Notes: generated by a model from the letters alone, not told the origin. Shown: positions 24,401 through 33,560, numbered from the stretch's first letter. The stretch: DNA of 64,000 nucleotides from an uncultured delta proteobacterium (GCA_963828255.1 CAWHDZ010000031.1:82659-146658); one strand, 5' to 3'. Made by a program: numbers and translations.

Positions 24401-25692
24401 TCGCCGAGGGGGCGCGAGGCCGCCTCGGCCACGATCTGCTGCGACAGCACGTCGCGCGGCCAGGGCGGGGGAGCGACGGTCTCGAGCCGTCCGGCCTGGA
24501 GGCCGCGGACGAGCGCCGCGCACTCGAGGAGCTCGTCGCGGCTCATGGGGAAGAAGCGGGCCTTCGGCGTCGCGCCCCTCCAGTGGCCGGAGCGTCCGGC
24601 TCGCTGCAGCGCCACGTGCAGCGCGCCGGGGCTTCCGAGCTGGGCCACCAGATCCACGGTGCCGATGTCGATGCCCAGCTCCAGCGAGGCGGTGGCGACG
24701 ATGGCCTTGAGCGTCCCCGCCTTGAGCCGATCCTCGGCGTCGAGCCGCCGCGCCCGGGAGAGGCTCCCGTGGTGGGCGGCCACCAGCCCCTCGCCGAGCC
24801 TCTCGGAGAGGGCGTGGGCGGCTCGCTCGGCCATCTTGCGGGTGTTCACGAAGACGAGCGTGGTCCGGTTCTCGCGGGAGAGCTCCGCGAGCCGGTCGTA
24901 GGTCTCGGCCCACTGCTCCTTCGAGGCCACCGAGGAGAGCTCGTCCCTCGGGATCTCCACGCCCAGGTCGAGGACGCGGCCCCGCCCCACCTCGACCACC
25001 GCGCACTCCGCCGTCCCGTGCCGGACCCGACCGGCCCCCACCAGGAAGCGGGCAATCTCCTCGACCGGGCTCACGGTCGCCGAGAGCCCGATGCGCTGCG
25101 GCCTCCGGGTGCAGAGCGCCTCGAGCCGCTCGAGCGAGAGCGCGAGGTGGCTGCCCCGCTTGTCGCGGGCCACCGCGTGGATCTCGTCCACGATCACCTT
25201 GCGGACCGTGGCGAGCGACCGCCGCCCCTTCTCGCTCGTGAGGAGGAGGTAGAGCGACTCGGGCGTGGTGACGAGGACGTGGGGCGGCCGCCGCATCATG
25301 GCCTGGCGGCGCGAGGAGGGCGTGTCGCCGGTGCGGACCTCGGCCCGGATGGCCGGGGGGCGAAGGCCCGCCGCGCGGGCCTCCTCCCGCAGCGCGAGGA
25401 GCGGCTCGCGCAGGTTCTTCTCGATGTCGTTCGAGAGCGCCTTGAGGGGCGAGACGTAGAGGATGCGGGTCTCGTCGGGAAGCTCGCCGTCGAGCCCCTC
25501 GCGGAAGAGCGAGTCGAGACCGGAGAGGAAGGCGGCGAAGGTCTTGCCAGAGCCGGTGGGCGCGGAGAGGAGCACGTCCCTGCCCGCCTGGATCTCCGGC
25601 CAGCCCGCCGCCTGGGGCTCGGTGGGGGAGCCGAAGCGGGACTCGAACCAGTCCGAGACCAGCGGGTGGAAGCCGGGGAGCACCCCGTTCAT
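21475..25692 (-). CDS. lhr: Lhr-family ATP-dependent helicase, long form with C-terminal winged-helix/glycosylase-like region
   Basis: APTGSGKT, SPLKAL, DEIH, GLSAT, HHGSLS, SLELGID, QRAGRSGH and C-terminal RGEIRGGRFV. The true start may be GTG 25683. Confidence 0.92.
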   Translation of the reverse strand: MNGVLPGFHPLVSDWFESRFGSPTEPQAAGWPEIQAGRDVLLSAPTGSGKTFAAFLSGLDSLFREGLDGELPDETRILYVSPLKALSNDIEKNLREPLLALREEARAAGLRPPAIRAEVRTGDTPSSRRQAMMRRPPHVLVTTPESLYLLLTSEKGRRSLATVRKVIVDEIHAVARDKRGSHLALSLERLEALCTRRPQRIGLSATVSPVEEIARFLVGAGRVRHGTAECAVVEVGRGRVLDLGVEIPRDELSSVASKEQWAETYDRLAELSRENRTTLVFVNTRKMAERAAHALSERLGEGLVAAHHGSLSRARRLDAEDRLKAGTLKAIVATASLELGIDIGTVDLVAQLGSPGALHVALQRAGRSGHWRGATPKARFFPMSRDELLECAALVRGLQAGRLETVAPPPWPRDVLSQQIVAEAASRPLGEDDLFALFRRAWPYRDLPRAEFDAIVGMLSEGVATRRGRSGALLHRDQVNHVVRGRRGARIAALTGGGAIPDNAQYQVVAEPEGVVVGQLDEDYAVESMAGDVFLLGNTAWRIRRIESGVVRVEDAGGAAPGIPFWNGEAPGRSGALSAEVSRLRAEIEPRLADRDGAIAWLVAEGAMPEAGARQAVDYLAAGRGVLSVLPTQETLVAERFFDEAGGMQLVLHAPFGARQNRALGLALRKRFCRAFDFELQAAANDDGVLLSLGPQHSFPLASIFEMLSSERVVEVLTQAALQSPMFPIRWRWDATRALALPRVLGGRKVPPPIARMRADDLLAAVFPMAVACQDNADQHAGPIEPPDHPLVAEALRDCLTEAMDAPGLERLLRRIEAGEVRLVARDLAEPSPFAHEILGAKPWAFLDDAPLEERRARAVVLRRSLPATEATGMGALDPEAIREVIDQARPEPRDADELHDLLLDVGFLPAAEGEPWRGFLDALAASGRAARARIGGREAWVAAERAQAWRVLRAEPGIDASPLDPPLAGLAGEDVPASPDEAAARALRGFLARAGPVTAPALAGRLGLPKPLVVAALHRLESEGVVLRGSFLPGGEPGEDWCDRGLLARIHRLTLGRLRREIEPVSGADLVRFLLRWQHAAPGVRLHGARGLADVVGQLQGFHAAAGAWERQILPSRVAGYEPGLLDALCLSGEVAWGRLAVTADPEEKVRRRAAPTRHAPVTLALRADLPWLLSAAKGDPPPLGASARALVDLLARCGACFLPDIAAMTGRLPGEAEGALWELVSAGLVTCDGFAGLRGLLDPPPRHRPRRPGQGGGRWALLRPPRPEGATEPSHLEPVARQLLARWGVVFRDLLGREPLAPPWRELLPVYRALEARGEIRGGRFVAGLSGEQYALPAAVESLRAVRRTPGGGERVELSGADPLNLVGGILPGARVPATLGARVAYVDGIPVPVEAAPAIHGG

Positions 25693-26005
25693 CTACCGCG
25701 GGAGGCGTCCGGGCGCACCTTGCGCCGGTCGCAGCACGAAACCCGGTGGAGCGTCTCGCCGAACGTCCGTTCCGCGGCCCATGCGGCCAGCTGGGGCGTA
25801 AGGAAACGCTGCATTGACAGGTATTTTGGGAGATTCGCGTTCCGTGAAGCGGTCGTCGCGGGAATGCCCCTGTCGCTTCGCCAGGGGCTCATGCGTGCCC
25901 TTCAGGAATTCCTGGCGAGGTTCGAGATCACCCGGTGAATGGACGCGGTGGCGAGGATCCTCGCGCGTTCCAGGAGGCCCGAAGATCACGTGAGACAGTA
26001 TTTTC

Positions 26006-27271
26006 ATGAACAACGACACACTTCTCGAGGCCCGCTCCTTCCACTCCCGGCTCATCGACCTCCTCCGGGTCGAGTTCGTCTCGCTGGGCGCCTTCCTCGA
26101 GGCCCTGGCCGAATTCGACCGGCAAAAGCTCTTCCGCACCCTCGGCCACGCGGACCTCTTCGCGTATCTCCACAGGGGGTTGAAGCTCTCCCGCGCCGCG
26201 GCTCATCACCGGCGCGCCGCCGCCTGGCTCGTCCAGCGATTCCCCGAGGTGCTGGAACCGATCCGCGAAGGGAAGCTGTGCTTCACCACCGCGTCGGTGC
26301 TGGCCTCGGTTGCGACGGAGGAGAACCTGACCGCGGTGCTTCCGCGATTCTACGGCCTCTCCAAGCAGGAGGCGCTGGAACTGGCGGCGGAGTTGAGGCC
26401 CCGGACGGTGGTCCCGACGAGGACTGTGGTCACCCGTGTGCAACCGTCGCGGCCGGTGGGCCCGGCCGCGGACGTGAACCAGCCGGATCCGGAAATTCGC
26501 CCAGGCGAACTTTGGGCGCCCCGGACGGGGGTGGATCGAACGAAGGTGGAGCGGACGGTCGTCGAGCCGATGACCGCCGCGTCGAGCCGGATGCACGTCA
26601 CGGTCTCGCGGGAGTTCCTGGCTCTCTTGAAGAAGGCAAAGGCGGGGGACTCCCACCGGAGGCCAGGAGCGAGCGACGAGGAAGTGCTCACGGCGGCGCT
26701 GCACTTGCTCATCGAGAAGCAGGCGAAGAGGAAGGCCTGCGTGCCGGCCAGGGTGAAGCGGGAGGTCGTGAAGCGGGACGGTGGGAGGTGCCAATGGCCC
26801 GTGGCCTCGGGGGGCGTCTGCGGCTCGACGGTGCGGCTGGAGGTGGACCACGTGGTCCCGCGCGGGAAGGGCGGACCGTCGACGGTCGAGAACTGCAGAT
26901 TGCTCTGCAAGGGGCACAACCTCGAGGCAGCTCGCCAGGCCTACGGCGACGCGCACATGGGCTTATTCACCAGCGGTGTACTCAAGGACGGCGCCCCCCT
27001 GGCGCGGGAGGACGTCGCGCCTTACGGGGCGGGTCGCCGGTCGCTGCCTGGCGACCGCCACAATCCGATCGCGCCCACGCCCGCCGCCGGGGTAGGTTGC
27101 CCGCCATGCTCTGGAAGGAAACCGCCGCGGTCCGGCTCCTCAGCCTGCGGATCCCGCTCCTCCTCTTCGTCGGCCCCCGGGTCCTCGAGCTCGACGACGA
27201 CGGCGCGGCCGTGGGGGTGCCGCTCGGCTGGCGCACGAGGAACCACGTGGGGTCGATGTACGTGGGGGTGA
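26006..27271 (+). CDS. HNH endonuclease with a long N-terminal domain; the 3' end runs into the next gene
   Basis: RDGGRCQW...CGS...LEVDHVVPRGKGGPSTVENCRLLCKGHN. Codon usage is less GC3-biased than the flanks. Confidence 0.85.
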   Translation: MNNDTLLEARSFHSRLIDLLRVEFVSLGAFLEALAEFDRQKLFRTLGHADLFAYLHRGLKLSRAAAHHRRAAAWLVQRFPEVLEPIREGKLCFTTASVLASVATEENLTAVLPRFYGLSKQEALELAAELRPRTVVPTRTVVTRVQPSRPVGPAADVNQPDPEIRPGELWAPRTGVDRTKVERTVVEPMTAASSRMHVTVSREFLALLKKAKAGDSHRRPGASDEEVLTAALHLLIEKQAKRKACVPARVKREVVKRDGGRCQWPVASGGVCGSTVRLEVDHVVPRGKGGPSTVENCRLLCKGHNLEAARQAYGDAHMGLFTSGVLKDGAPLAREDVAPYGAGRRSLPGDRHNPIAPTPAAGVGCPPCSGRKPPRSGSSACGSRSSSSSAPGSSSSTTTARPWGCRSAGARGTTWGRCTWG

Positions 27272-27573
27272 TGGCCGCCGCCGCGGACCTGGCCAGCGGG
27301 ATGAACGCCTTCTCGCTCATCCGCTCCCGGTACCGGAGGGTCGTGCCGGTCTTCAAGTACGCCAGCATGGAGTTCCTGAAGCGCGCCGACGGCTACACGG
27401 TCTTCCGCACCCGGCAGGGCCGGCGCATCGCCGAGGCCATGGAGGAGACCGTTCGCACCGGGCAGCGGGTCACGCTCCCGGTGGAGGTGGTGGCGACCGT
27501 GCCGGACCGCTACGGGGACGAGCCGGTGGCCCGGTTCACCATGGGACTGTCGGTGAAGGAGCGGAAGGGGTAG
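27106..27573 (+). CDS. Hotdog-fold thioesterase-like protein (DUF4442/PaaI-like)
   Basis: PLGWRTRNHVGSMYVG and EFLKRADG. ATG 27106. Confidence 0.8.
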   Translation: MLWKETAAVRLLSLRIPLLLFVGPRVLELDDDGAAVGVPLGWRTRNHVGSMYVGVMAAAADLASGMNAFSLIRSRYRRVVPVFKYASMEFLKRADGYTVFRTRQGRRIAEAMEETVRTGQRVTLPVEVVATVPDRYGDEPVARFTMGLSVKERKG

Positions 27574-28762
27574 CCACGGCGGCGCCGGCCGCGGCGCCTC
27601 CGATGCGGACCGGCGACGCGTCCGGGAAGGCGTGGCAACCCCGGGTGCGCAGCCGTGCGATGGCCTCGCCCAGCCCGCCCCCCAGCGCGGATCCGGCCGG
27701 AGCGCGGCAGAACGGGCAGGCGTGGACGGCGCCCTCCGCGTCCACGAACAGGTACCGGTCCCCCGCCCCGAAGCAGCCCACCGTTCGCTGGCTCCGCGCC
27801 GGGAACTCGACGAGGGGGAGGTACGAGGCCCCGGCGCTGGAGGTCCGGGCGAACCGCAGCAGGAGCTCCACCTGCTCCGGCCGGAGGGAGACGTCCTGGC
27901 CGGCCCAGCGACCGACTGCGCGAGGCTCGAGGATCCGCAGGAATCCCGCCCCGAGATCCCGGCCCAGCCGGGCCACGCGCTCCAGGTCGTCGGTCGTGGT
28001 CTCGCGCGTCGCCGTGAACGAGAGCCCCACGACCAGCCCGGCCTCGGCTGCGGCCCGCGCGCCCCCGACCACACGCTCGAACGTCCCCTTCACTCCCCGG
28101 AATGCATCGTGGCGGGCCGGGTCCCAGTGGTCGAGGCTGACCAGGGTCCCGACGACGCCTGCCTCCCGCAGCCGACCGGCGGAACGCGGGTCGAGGCCGA
28201 CGCCGCTCGTCAGCACCCAGACGTCCACCCGGGGTCCGAGGGCGCGGGCCACCGCCTCGACCGCGTCGGGTCGCAGCATCGGCTCGCCGCCGGTCAGCTC
28301 CAGGTGACAGACCCCGAGCCCGCAGAGCGCCTCGGCGATCCCGACGATCTCTCCGACTGGCAGCGCCTCCTCGGCGCGAAGCAGGTCCCAGTCGGAGCAG
28401 TGCTGGCATCGCAGGGGGCAGCGGCGTGTCACCGCCAGGATCGCCAGGTGCAGCGGCGGCGGGCCGGGCCGGGTGGGCGAGATGCGTTCGAGCTCCCCCT
28501 CGAGAAACCGGTCCAGGGCCGGGGAGGGCCAGCCCGGGATCGTCGGGTCGAGGAAGGCGCGTCCCCCGGCGCGGACCCATCGTGCCGGGAGCGGGAAGCC
28601 CCTGCGCCGCTCGACGGAGAAGGCCAGTTCGCGGGCCGCCAGGGCCGCCGAAACCGGGCCCCGGTCCCGGAGGGCGAGGCGCGCCGCGCGCAGTGCGGTT
28701 GCGCCCCGGGCCGCCCAGACCGGGGGGCCCCACACCATCGGGGATCGGACCGGAGGGTTCAC
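27536..28762 (-). CDS. Radical SAM protein with a Twitch/SPASM-like C-terminus
   Basis: CPLRCQHC, LTGGEP, VSLDH and GCFGAG...HACPFC...GCH. GTG overlaps the upstream TGA. Confidence 0.88.
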   Translation of the reverse strand: MNPPVRSPMVWGPPVWAARGATALRAARLALRDRGPVSAALAARELAFSVERRRGFPLPARWVRAGGRAFLDPTIPGWPSPALDRFLEGELERISPTRPGPPPLHLAILAVTRRCPLRCQHCSDWDLLRAEEALPVGEIVGIAEALCGLGVCHLELTGGEPMLRPDAVEAVARALGPRVDVWVLTSGVGLDPRSAGRLREAGVVGTLVSLDHWDPARHDAFRGVKGTFERVVGGARAAAEAGLVVGLSFTATRETTTDDLERVARLGRDLGAGFLRILEPRAVGRWAGQDVSLRPEQVELLLRFARTSSAGASYLPLVEFPARSQRTVGCFGAGDRYLFVDAEGAVHACPFCRAPAGSALGGGLGEAIARLRTRGCHAFPDASPVRIGGAAAGAAVATPSAPSPTVPW

Positions 28763-30300
28763 GGGACCGCCGCCACCGGCCTGGACATGACCTCCAGGGT
28801 CCGGCGGTAGAGCTCCACCGAGAAGAGCGAGAGGCTGCCCGGATCGTCGCGCAGCGTGTAGAGGGTGCCCACCGAGAGCTCGGACTGGGGTGGCGTGTGG
28901 ACGCGGTAGTAGCCGGAGGTGTGGAGGAAGGCGTCGCGGACCAGGCCGGGCGCCGGGGGCGGGATCTCGAACGCCAGGTCGGCCCGCTCGCCCCGGACGG
29001 CGAGCACCTGGTAGTTCCCGTCGGTTGCCCAGAGCTGGCGGCGGACGTCCTCGCCGTCCAGCTGCACCGCCCGCGTCGGCGCGAACCGCCGGCTCGGGGG
29101 ATCGGCCGCCGCGACGGGCGCGAGGGCGACCCGGTCGGCGACGAGGAACCCGACCCCGCCGCTCAGCCGGACCCGGGTCGACGGGGCACTCGTCACCGGG
29201 AGTGGAACGGCGAACCGGCGGAGGGATGCAGGCCCCACCGTCGGCACCACGGCGACCCGTTCCCAGCTCCCGTTCCGCTCCACCTCGACGCGCAGATCAA
29301 CCCCCTCGCGCTCGCGCCAGGCCAGGGAGAACGCGCGCGACTCGGGCCGGTCCTCCTCGTCGAGGTACGTCTCGAGCTCCTCGCCCAGCAGCGCGAAGAA
29401 GCGACCGAAGACCACGTCCAGCCAGGGGGTGTTCCCGGCGTCGAGCTCGAGCGCCATCGGGCCTCCGCCCGGCGGCGTGGGGAAGGTCAGGACCAGCCCC
29501 TCGCGCACCGGCGGGGACGGGCGGCGGGAAACCTCGTCGAGGTCGGTCTGCCAGGCCTGGCCGTCGGCGTCGCGGAGCAGCGGAAGGACGTCGCGTCCCT
29601 CGAGATCGGTGGCCGAGAGCGGGGGCCTGGAGTCTCCGACGAGGAGCAGCCGGGCGTCGTGGGTGGCCAGGGTCCGCCGTCCCGGGGCCCTGTCGACCAG
29701 GACGAGCTCGGCGAGGTCGGTGAACTGCGTCTCCCGGGCCTCGTTGGAGAGGATGACCTTCGGGCGGGCCCCGAGCGCCGGCAGGGGCAGGAGGTCGTCC
29801 CGCTGGGTGGCCCGGGAGGTCGCGCCGGAGTAGGCCTCCCCCACGAAGCGGAGACCGTCGCCGCCGTCCACGTAGACGAACGGGCAGGAGGTCTTGGTCG
29901 TCGCCACGACCACGGCCGCGATCCCTGCCACCAGGAGGAGCGTCCCCAGGACGATGCCGGTGACCAGGAAGGCCGTGCGCCAGCCATCGAGCGACCGGAC
30001 CTCCACCTGGGTGACCTCCCGGAGGTCCAGGGTGACGACGTTCGGCTCTCCCTCCGGAGCGTCGACCAGGATCCCGGTGACCGTGGGGAGATCGACCTTC
30101 CTCACGTCGATGGTGACGGGCGCGCCGCCGTCCTTGGGATGCACGCGGATGCGCGTCGACCCGTCCACGACCTCTCCGGTCTCGATCTCCTTGAGGGGGA
30201 CGACGGACCAGGAATGGCAGGCCGAGGAGAAGGCCAGGAGGGTGGCGACGGCGACGAGACGGAACCAGACGGGTCGGTTCGAGGAGGAACGGCACGGCAT
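28759..30300 (-). CDS. Hypothetical lipoprotein with an internal TM segment and a large C-terminal beta-rich domain
   Basis: SD GGAGG, lipobox-like FSSAC, hydrophobic stretch before TSCPFVY, and C-terminal LHTSGYY. Confidence 0.75.
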   Translation of the reverse strand: MPCRSSSNRPVWFRLVAVATLLAFSSACHSWSVVPLKEIETGEVVDGSTRIRVHPKDGGAPVTIDVRKVDLPTVTGILVDAPEGEPNVVTLDLREVTQVEVRSLDGWRTAFLVTGIVLGTLLLVAGIAAVVVATTKTSCPFVYVDGGDGLRFVGEAYSGATSRATQRDDLLPLPALGARPKVILSNEARETQFTDLAELVLVDRAPGRRTLATHDARLLLVGDSRPPLSATDLEGRDVLPLLRDADGQAWQTDLDEVSRRPSPPVREGLVLTFPTPPGGGPMALELDAGNTPWLDVVFGRFFALLGEELETYLDEEDRPESRAFSLAWREREGVDLRVEVERNGSWERVAVVPTVGPASLRRFAVPLPVTSAPSTRVRLSGGVGFLVADRVALAPVAAADPPSRRFAPTRAVQLDGEDVRRQLWATDGNYQVLAVRGERADLAFEIPPPAPGLVRDAFLHTSGYYRVHTPPQSELSVGTLYTLRDDPGSLSLFSVELYRRTLEVMSRPVAAVP

Positions 30301-30533
30301 GGTGGCCTCCGGGGAAGGAAGGCGAACGGGCGCCTCGCGTCTTCCAGACCGTCCTCGGAGCCCCCTGTGACATCATCCGCCTCCGGGAAGCGGGCGGCAT
30401 GGTGCTTCGGGGAGAGCCCGTACGGGGAGTCACCAGGAGGGCGTGACCGTGTTCACGGGGGGTTGAGGGAGTCGACCGGGGAGGTCGACGTTGCGTTCTT
30501 GCGCGGGCATTGCGCCGGCTGAAGCCGGCGCCG

Positions 30534-31709
30534 TCAGCGGAACGCGCCGATCCCCGTGACCGCCTCGCCGATCACCAGCATGTGCATCTCGTGGGTCCCC
30601 TCGTAGGTGTAGACGCTCTCGAGGTTCGCCATGTGGCGCATGATCGGGTACTCGCCGAGGATGCCGCTCGCGCCCAGGATGGTCCGGGCCCGCGCGCAGA
30701 TCTCCCGGGCCACAGAGACGTTGTTCATCTTGGCCATGGAGATCTGGGCCGGCGTCACCGTGCCGACGTCCTTGCGCCGGGCCACGTGGAGCGCCAGCAG
30801 CTGCCCCTTGGCCAGCTCGGTCACCATCCAGGCGAGCTTCTCCTGGGTGAGCTGGAATCCGGCGATGGGGCGGTCGAACTGGACGCGGGACCTGGCGTGA
30901 TCGAGCGCGCACTGGTAGCAGGCCTCGGCCGCGCCGAGCACCCCCCAGGCGATGCCGAAGCGGGCCTGGTTGAGGCAAGAGAGCGGCCCCTTCAGGCTCT
31001 TCACTCCGGGCAAAAGGCTCCGCTCCTCGTCCACCAGCACGTCGTCGAGGACCAGCTCGGAGGTCACCGACGCCCGCAGCGACCACTTCCCCTTCATCTC
31101 CGGCGCCGTGAAGCCGGGAGTCCCCTTCTCGACCAGGAACCCCCGGATGCCATCGTCGGTGCGGGCCCACACCACCGCCACGTCGGCCACCGAGCCGTTC
31201 GTGATCCACATCTTGGAGCCGTTCAAGCGCCAGCGGCCCCCCTCGCGGACGGCCCGGGTGCGCATGCCGGATGGGTTCGACCCGAAGTCGGGCTCGGTGA
31301 GGCCGAAGCAGCCGATGGCCTCGCCGGAGGCGAGGAGCGGAAGCCAGTGGTCCTTCTGCGCGTCCGACCCGTAGGCGAAGATCGGGTACATGACGAGCGA
31401 GCCCTGCACCGAGGCGAAGCTGCGCAGCGCCGAGTCGCCCCGCTCCAGCTCGTACATGAGCAGGCCGTAGGCCGCGCTGGAAAGCCCGGCGCAGCCGTAG
31501 CGCGCGGGGAGGGTGGGGCCGAGGAACCCCAGCTCCCCCATGGGGCGCACCAGCGCCGAGGGGAAGGTCTGGTCCTGCGCGTGGCGCTCGATCACCGGGA
31601 GCACCCGCTCGTTGACGAACTGGCGGGCCTGGGCCTGGACCATCCGCTCCTCGTCGGTGAGGAGCTCGCGGACCTCCAGGAAGTCGGTCATCTGGCTCGA
31701 GCCGCTCAT
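30534..31709 (-). CDS. gcdH: Acyl-CoA dehydrogenase, glutaryl-CoA dehydrogenase-like
   Basis: ELERGDSALRSFASVQGSLVM, CFGLTEPDFGSNP, CLNQARFGIAWG and MANLESVYTYEGTH. Confidence 0.8.
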   Translation of the reverse strand: MSGSSQMTDFLEVRELLTDEERMVQAQARQFVNERVLPVIERHAQDQTFPSALVRPMGELGFLGPTLPARYGCAGLSSAAYGLLMYELERGDSALRSFASVQGSLVMYPIFAYGSDAQKDHWLPLLASGEAIGCFGLTEPDFGSNPSGMRTRAVREGGRWRLNGSKMWITNGSVADVAVVWARTDDGIRGFLVEKGTPGFTAPEMKGKWSLRASVTSELVLDDVLVDEERSLLPGVKSLKGPLSCLNQARFGIAWGVLGAAEACYQCALDHARSRVQFDRPIAGFQLTQEKLAWMVTELAKGQLLALHVARRKDVGTVTPAQISMAKMNNVSVAREICARARTILGASGILGEYPIMRHMANLESVYTYEGTHEMHMLVIGEAVTGIGAFR

Positions 31710-32506
31710 CCGCCCTCCACCTCCCGGTCGGGTGAGAGCCCGGATCTCACGTTTCCGAGCAACGCCAGGAGCCGCGGCCCCACGTCCCGCTTGAGCAACT
31801 CGGGCTCGAGCTGGAAGGCCGCGCCGGAGACCCCCACCACGATGGGGCCGGCTCCGTCCGGCAAGAGGAGCGGCGCCGCCACCGCGTTGATCTCGCGCCG
31901 CCAGTCGCCCAGGCCGAAGCAGAAGCCGTGCGCGTCGAAGTCGCGGAAGGCCTGCTCCATGCGCTTCCGGTTCACCGGCCAGTCGGCCGGGCGGGCCACC
32001 CGCATGGCCTCGAGGATGCGCTTGCGCTCCGGTGCGGGGAGCGACGAGACCCAGGCCCGCCCCAGCGAGGTGGTGGCCACCGGGACGCGGGAGCCGATGT
32101 CGATGACGAAGGAGGCGCTGTTCCAGTAGGTGTCCACCACCTGCATGGAGAGCCGGTCGTTCACCGCCAGGTGGACCGAGGCCTTGGTGTACTGGGAGAG
32201 CTCCTGCAGGAAGGGGCGGGCCACGCGCCGCACGTCCATCTGCCCCAGGGCCGCGAAGCCCAGGCCGATGGCGGCGCTGCCCAGCGCGTACTTGCTGGTG
32301 GACTCGGAGGCCCGCAGGTACCCGAGCCGGGTCAGCGTGTAGGCCAGGCGGGAGACGGTGGGCTTGGCGAGCCCGGTGCGCCGGGCGATCTCCTGGTTGG
32401 CGAGCCAGCGGTCGCGCGGGCCGAAGCAGCGCAGCACCTCCAGCCCGCGCGAGAGCGCGGTCACGAACTTCCGGTCCGAGGGGGACCTGCGCTTCGCCGC
32501 GGCCAC
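31706..32506 (-). CDS. IclR-family transcriptional regulator
   Basis: FVTALSRGLEVLRCF, HTH EIARRTGLAKPTVSRL, GSRVP...TSLGRA and INAVAAP. Confidence 0.95.
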   Translation of the reverse strand: MAAAKRRSPSDRKFVTALSRGLEVLRCFGPRDRWLANQEIARRTGLAKPTVSRLAYTLTRLGYLRASESTSKYALGSAAIGLGFAALGQMDVRRVARPFLQELSQYTKASVHLAVNDRLSMQVVDTYWNSASFVIDIGSRVPVATTSLGRAWVSSLPAPERKRILEAMRVARPADWPVNRKRMEQAFRDFDAHGFCFGLGDWRREINAVAAPLLLPDGAGPIVVGVSGAAFQLEPELLKRDVGPRLLALLGNVRSGLSPDREVEGG

Positions 32507-32536
32507 GCCGGCACCCTAGCAGAACGCGCGACCCAC

Positions 32537-32573
32537 GTGCTACGGTGCGGCACCTCGTTTCGTACCGCGAAAC
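32537..32573. promoter_or_regulatory. Putative IclR operator 1 (17-bp palindrome plus degenerate partner)
   Basis: GTTTCGTACCGCGAAAC at 32557-32573, with GTGCTACGGTGCGGCAC 20 nt upstream, between the divergent iclR and qor genes. Confidence 0.65.
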
Positions 32574-32576
32574 CCC

Positions 32577-33560
32577 GTGCGCGCCCTCCTCTGCAAGGAA
32601 TTCGGTCCGGTCCCGGGCCTCCAGGTCGCCGAGGTCCCCGACCCGGTTGCCGGCGACGGTGAGGTGCTGGTCCGCGTCGAGGCGGCCGGCCTCAACTACC
32701 CGGACGGCCTCATGGTCCAGGGCAAGTACCAGGTCCGGCCGCCGCTCCCCTTCGTGCCCGGCATGGAGCTGGCCGGGGTGGTCGATGCGGTCGGCAAGGG
32801 GGTGGACGCCTTCGCCCCCGGTGACCCGGTCATGGCCACCACCGGCACCGGCGCCTTCGCCGAGCGCTGCGCGGTCCCCGTCGAGCAGGTCCTCCCGCGC
32901 CCCGCCTCGCTCCCCGCCGACGTGGCGGCCGCCGCGCTGCTCACGTACGGCACCACCCTCCACGCCCTCGAGGACCGGGCCCGGCTCCGCCCCGGCGAGA
33001 CGCTGCTCGTCCTCGGCGCCGCCGGTGGAGTGGGCACCGCCGCGGTGGGGATCGGCAAGATCCTCGGGGCCCGGGTCATCGCCGGCGCCTCGTCGCCGGA
33101 GCGGCTGGAGCTGTGCCGGCGGCTCGGGGCCGACCTCACCGTGGACTACGCCGCCGAGGATCTCCGGGAGCGGGTCAAGGCCCTCACCCAGGGGCGCGGC
33201 GTGGACGTGGTCTACGACCCGGTGGGCGGCGCCCTCTCCGAGGCGGCGCTGCGCTCCACCGGCTGGGGCGGCCGCTTCCTGGTGGTGGGCTTCGCCACCG
33301 GCGAGATCCCGCGCATCCCCCTCAACCTGGTCTTGCTCAACGCCCGCTCCATCCTGGGCGTCTACTGGGGCGACTGGTCGCGCCGCGAGCCGCGCAAGTC
33401 CGCCGACGCCCTCTCCCGCATCGCCGCCTGGATCTGCGAGAAGCGCCTGTCACCCGTGGTGACGGCCCGCCTGGGCCTGGCCGAGGTCCCGGCCGCCCTC
33501 GAGGACCTGCTCTCCCGCCGGGCCCACGGCAAGCTCGTGGTCCTGCCCGGCAAGCCGTGA
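32577..33560 (+). CDS. NADPH:quinone oxidoreductase (zeta-crystallin/MDR family)
   Basis: GLNYPD...GKYQ, PFVPGMELAG, VLGAAGGVG and GVDVVYDPVGG. Confidence 0.92.
   Translation: MRALLCKEFGPVPGLQVAEVPDPVAGDGEVLVRVEAAGLNYPDGLMVQGKYQVRPPLPFVPGMELAGVVDAVGKGVDAFAPGDPVMATTGTGAFAERCAVPVEQVLPRPASLPADVAAAALLTYGTTLHALEDRARLRPGETLLVLGAAGGVGTAAVGIGKILGARVIAGASSPERLELCRRLGADLTVDYAAEDLRERVKALTQGRGVDVVYDPVGGALSEAALRSTGWGGRFLVVGFATGEIPRIPLNLVLLNARSILGVYWGDWSRREPRKSADALSRIAAWICEKRLSPVVTARLGLAEVPAALEDLLSRRAHGKLVVLPGKP

Noticed and set aside
21484..25938. Very long ORFs antisense or out of frame to real genes (e.g. 21484..25938 +, 40128..43784 -, 46452..50753 +, 40355..43897 +)
   Set aside because: These are shadow ORFs expected at this GC content. 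They are Arg/Gly/Pro-rich, lack motifs and fully overlap well-supported genes.
21475..27271. Lhr helicase plus HNH nuclease as a helicase-nuclease defence system
   Set aside because: The genes are divergent and differ in codon usage. Lhr is a widespread repair helicase and the HNH looks independently inserted.
30301..30533. Riboswitch or ncRNA in the intergenic region upstream of the lipoprotein gene
   Set aside because: Several short hairpins are present (e.g. GCGCCGGCT-GA-AGCCGGCGC, GTCGACC...GGTCGAC), but I recognise no aptamer consensus. An Rfam/Infernal scan would be needed.
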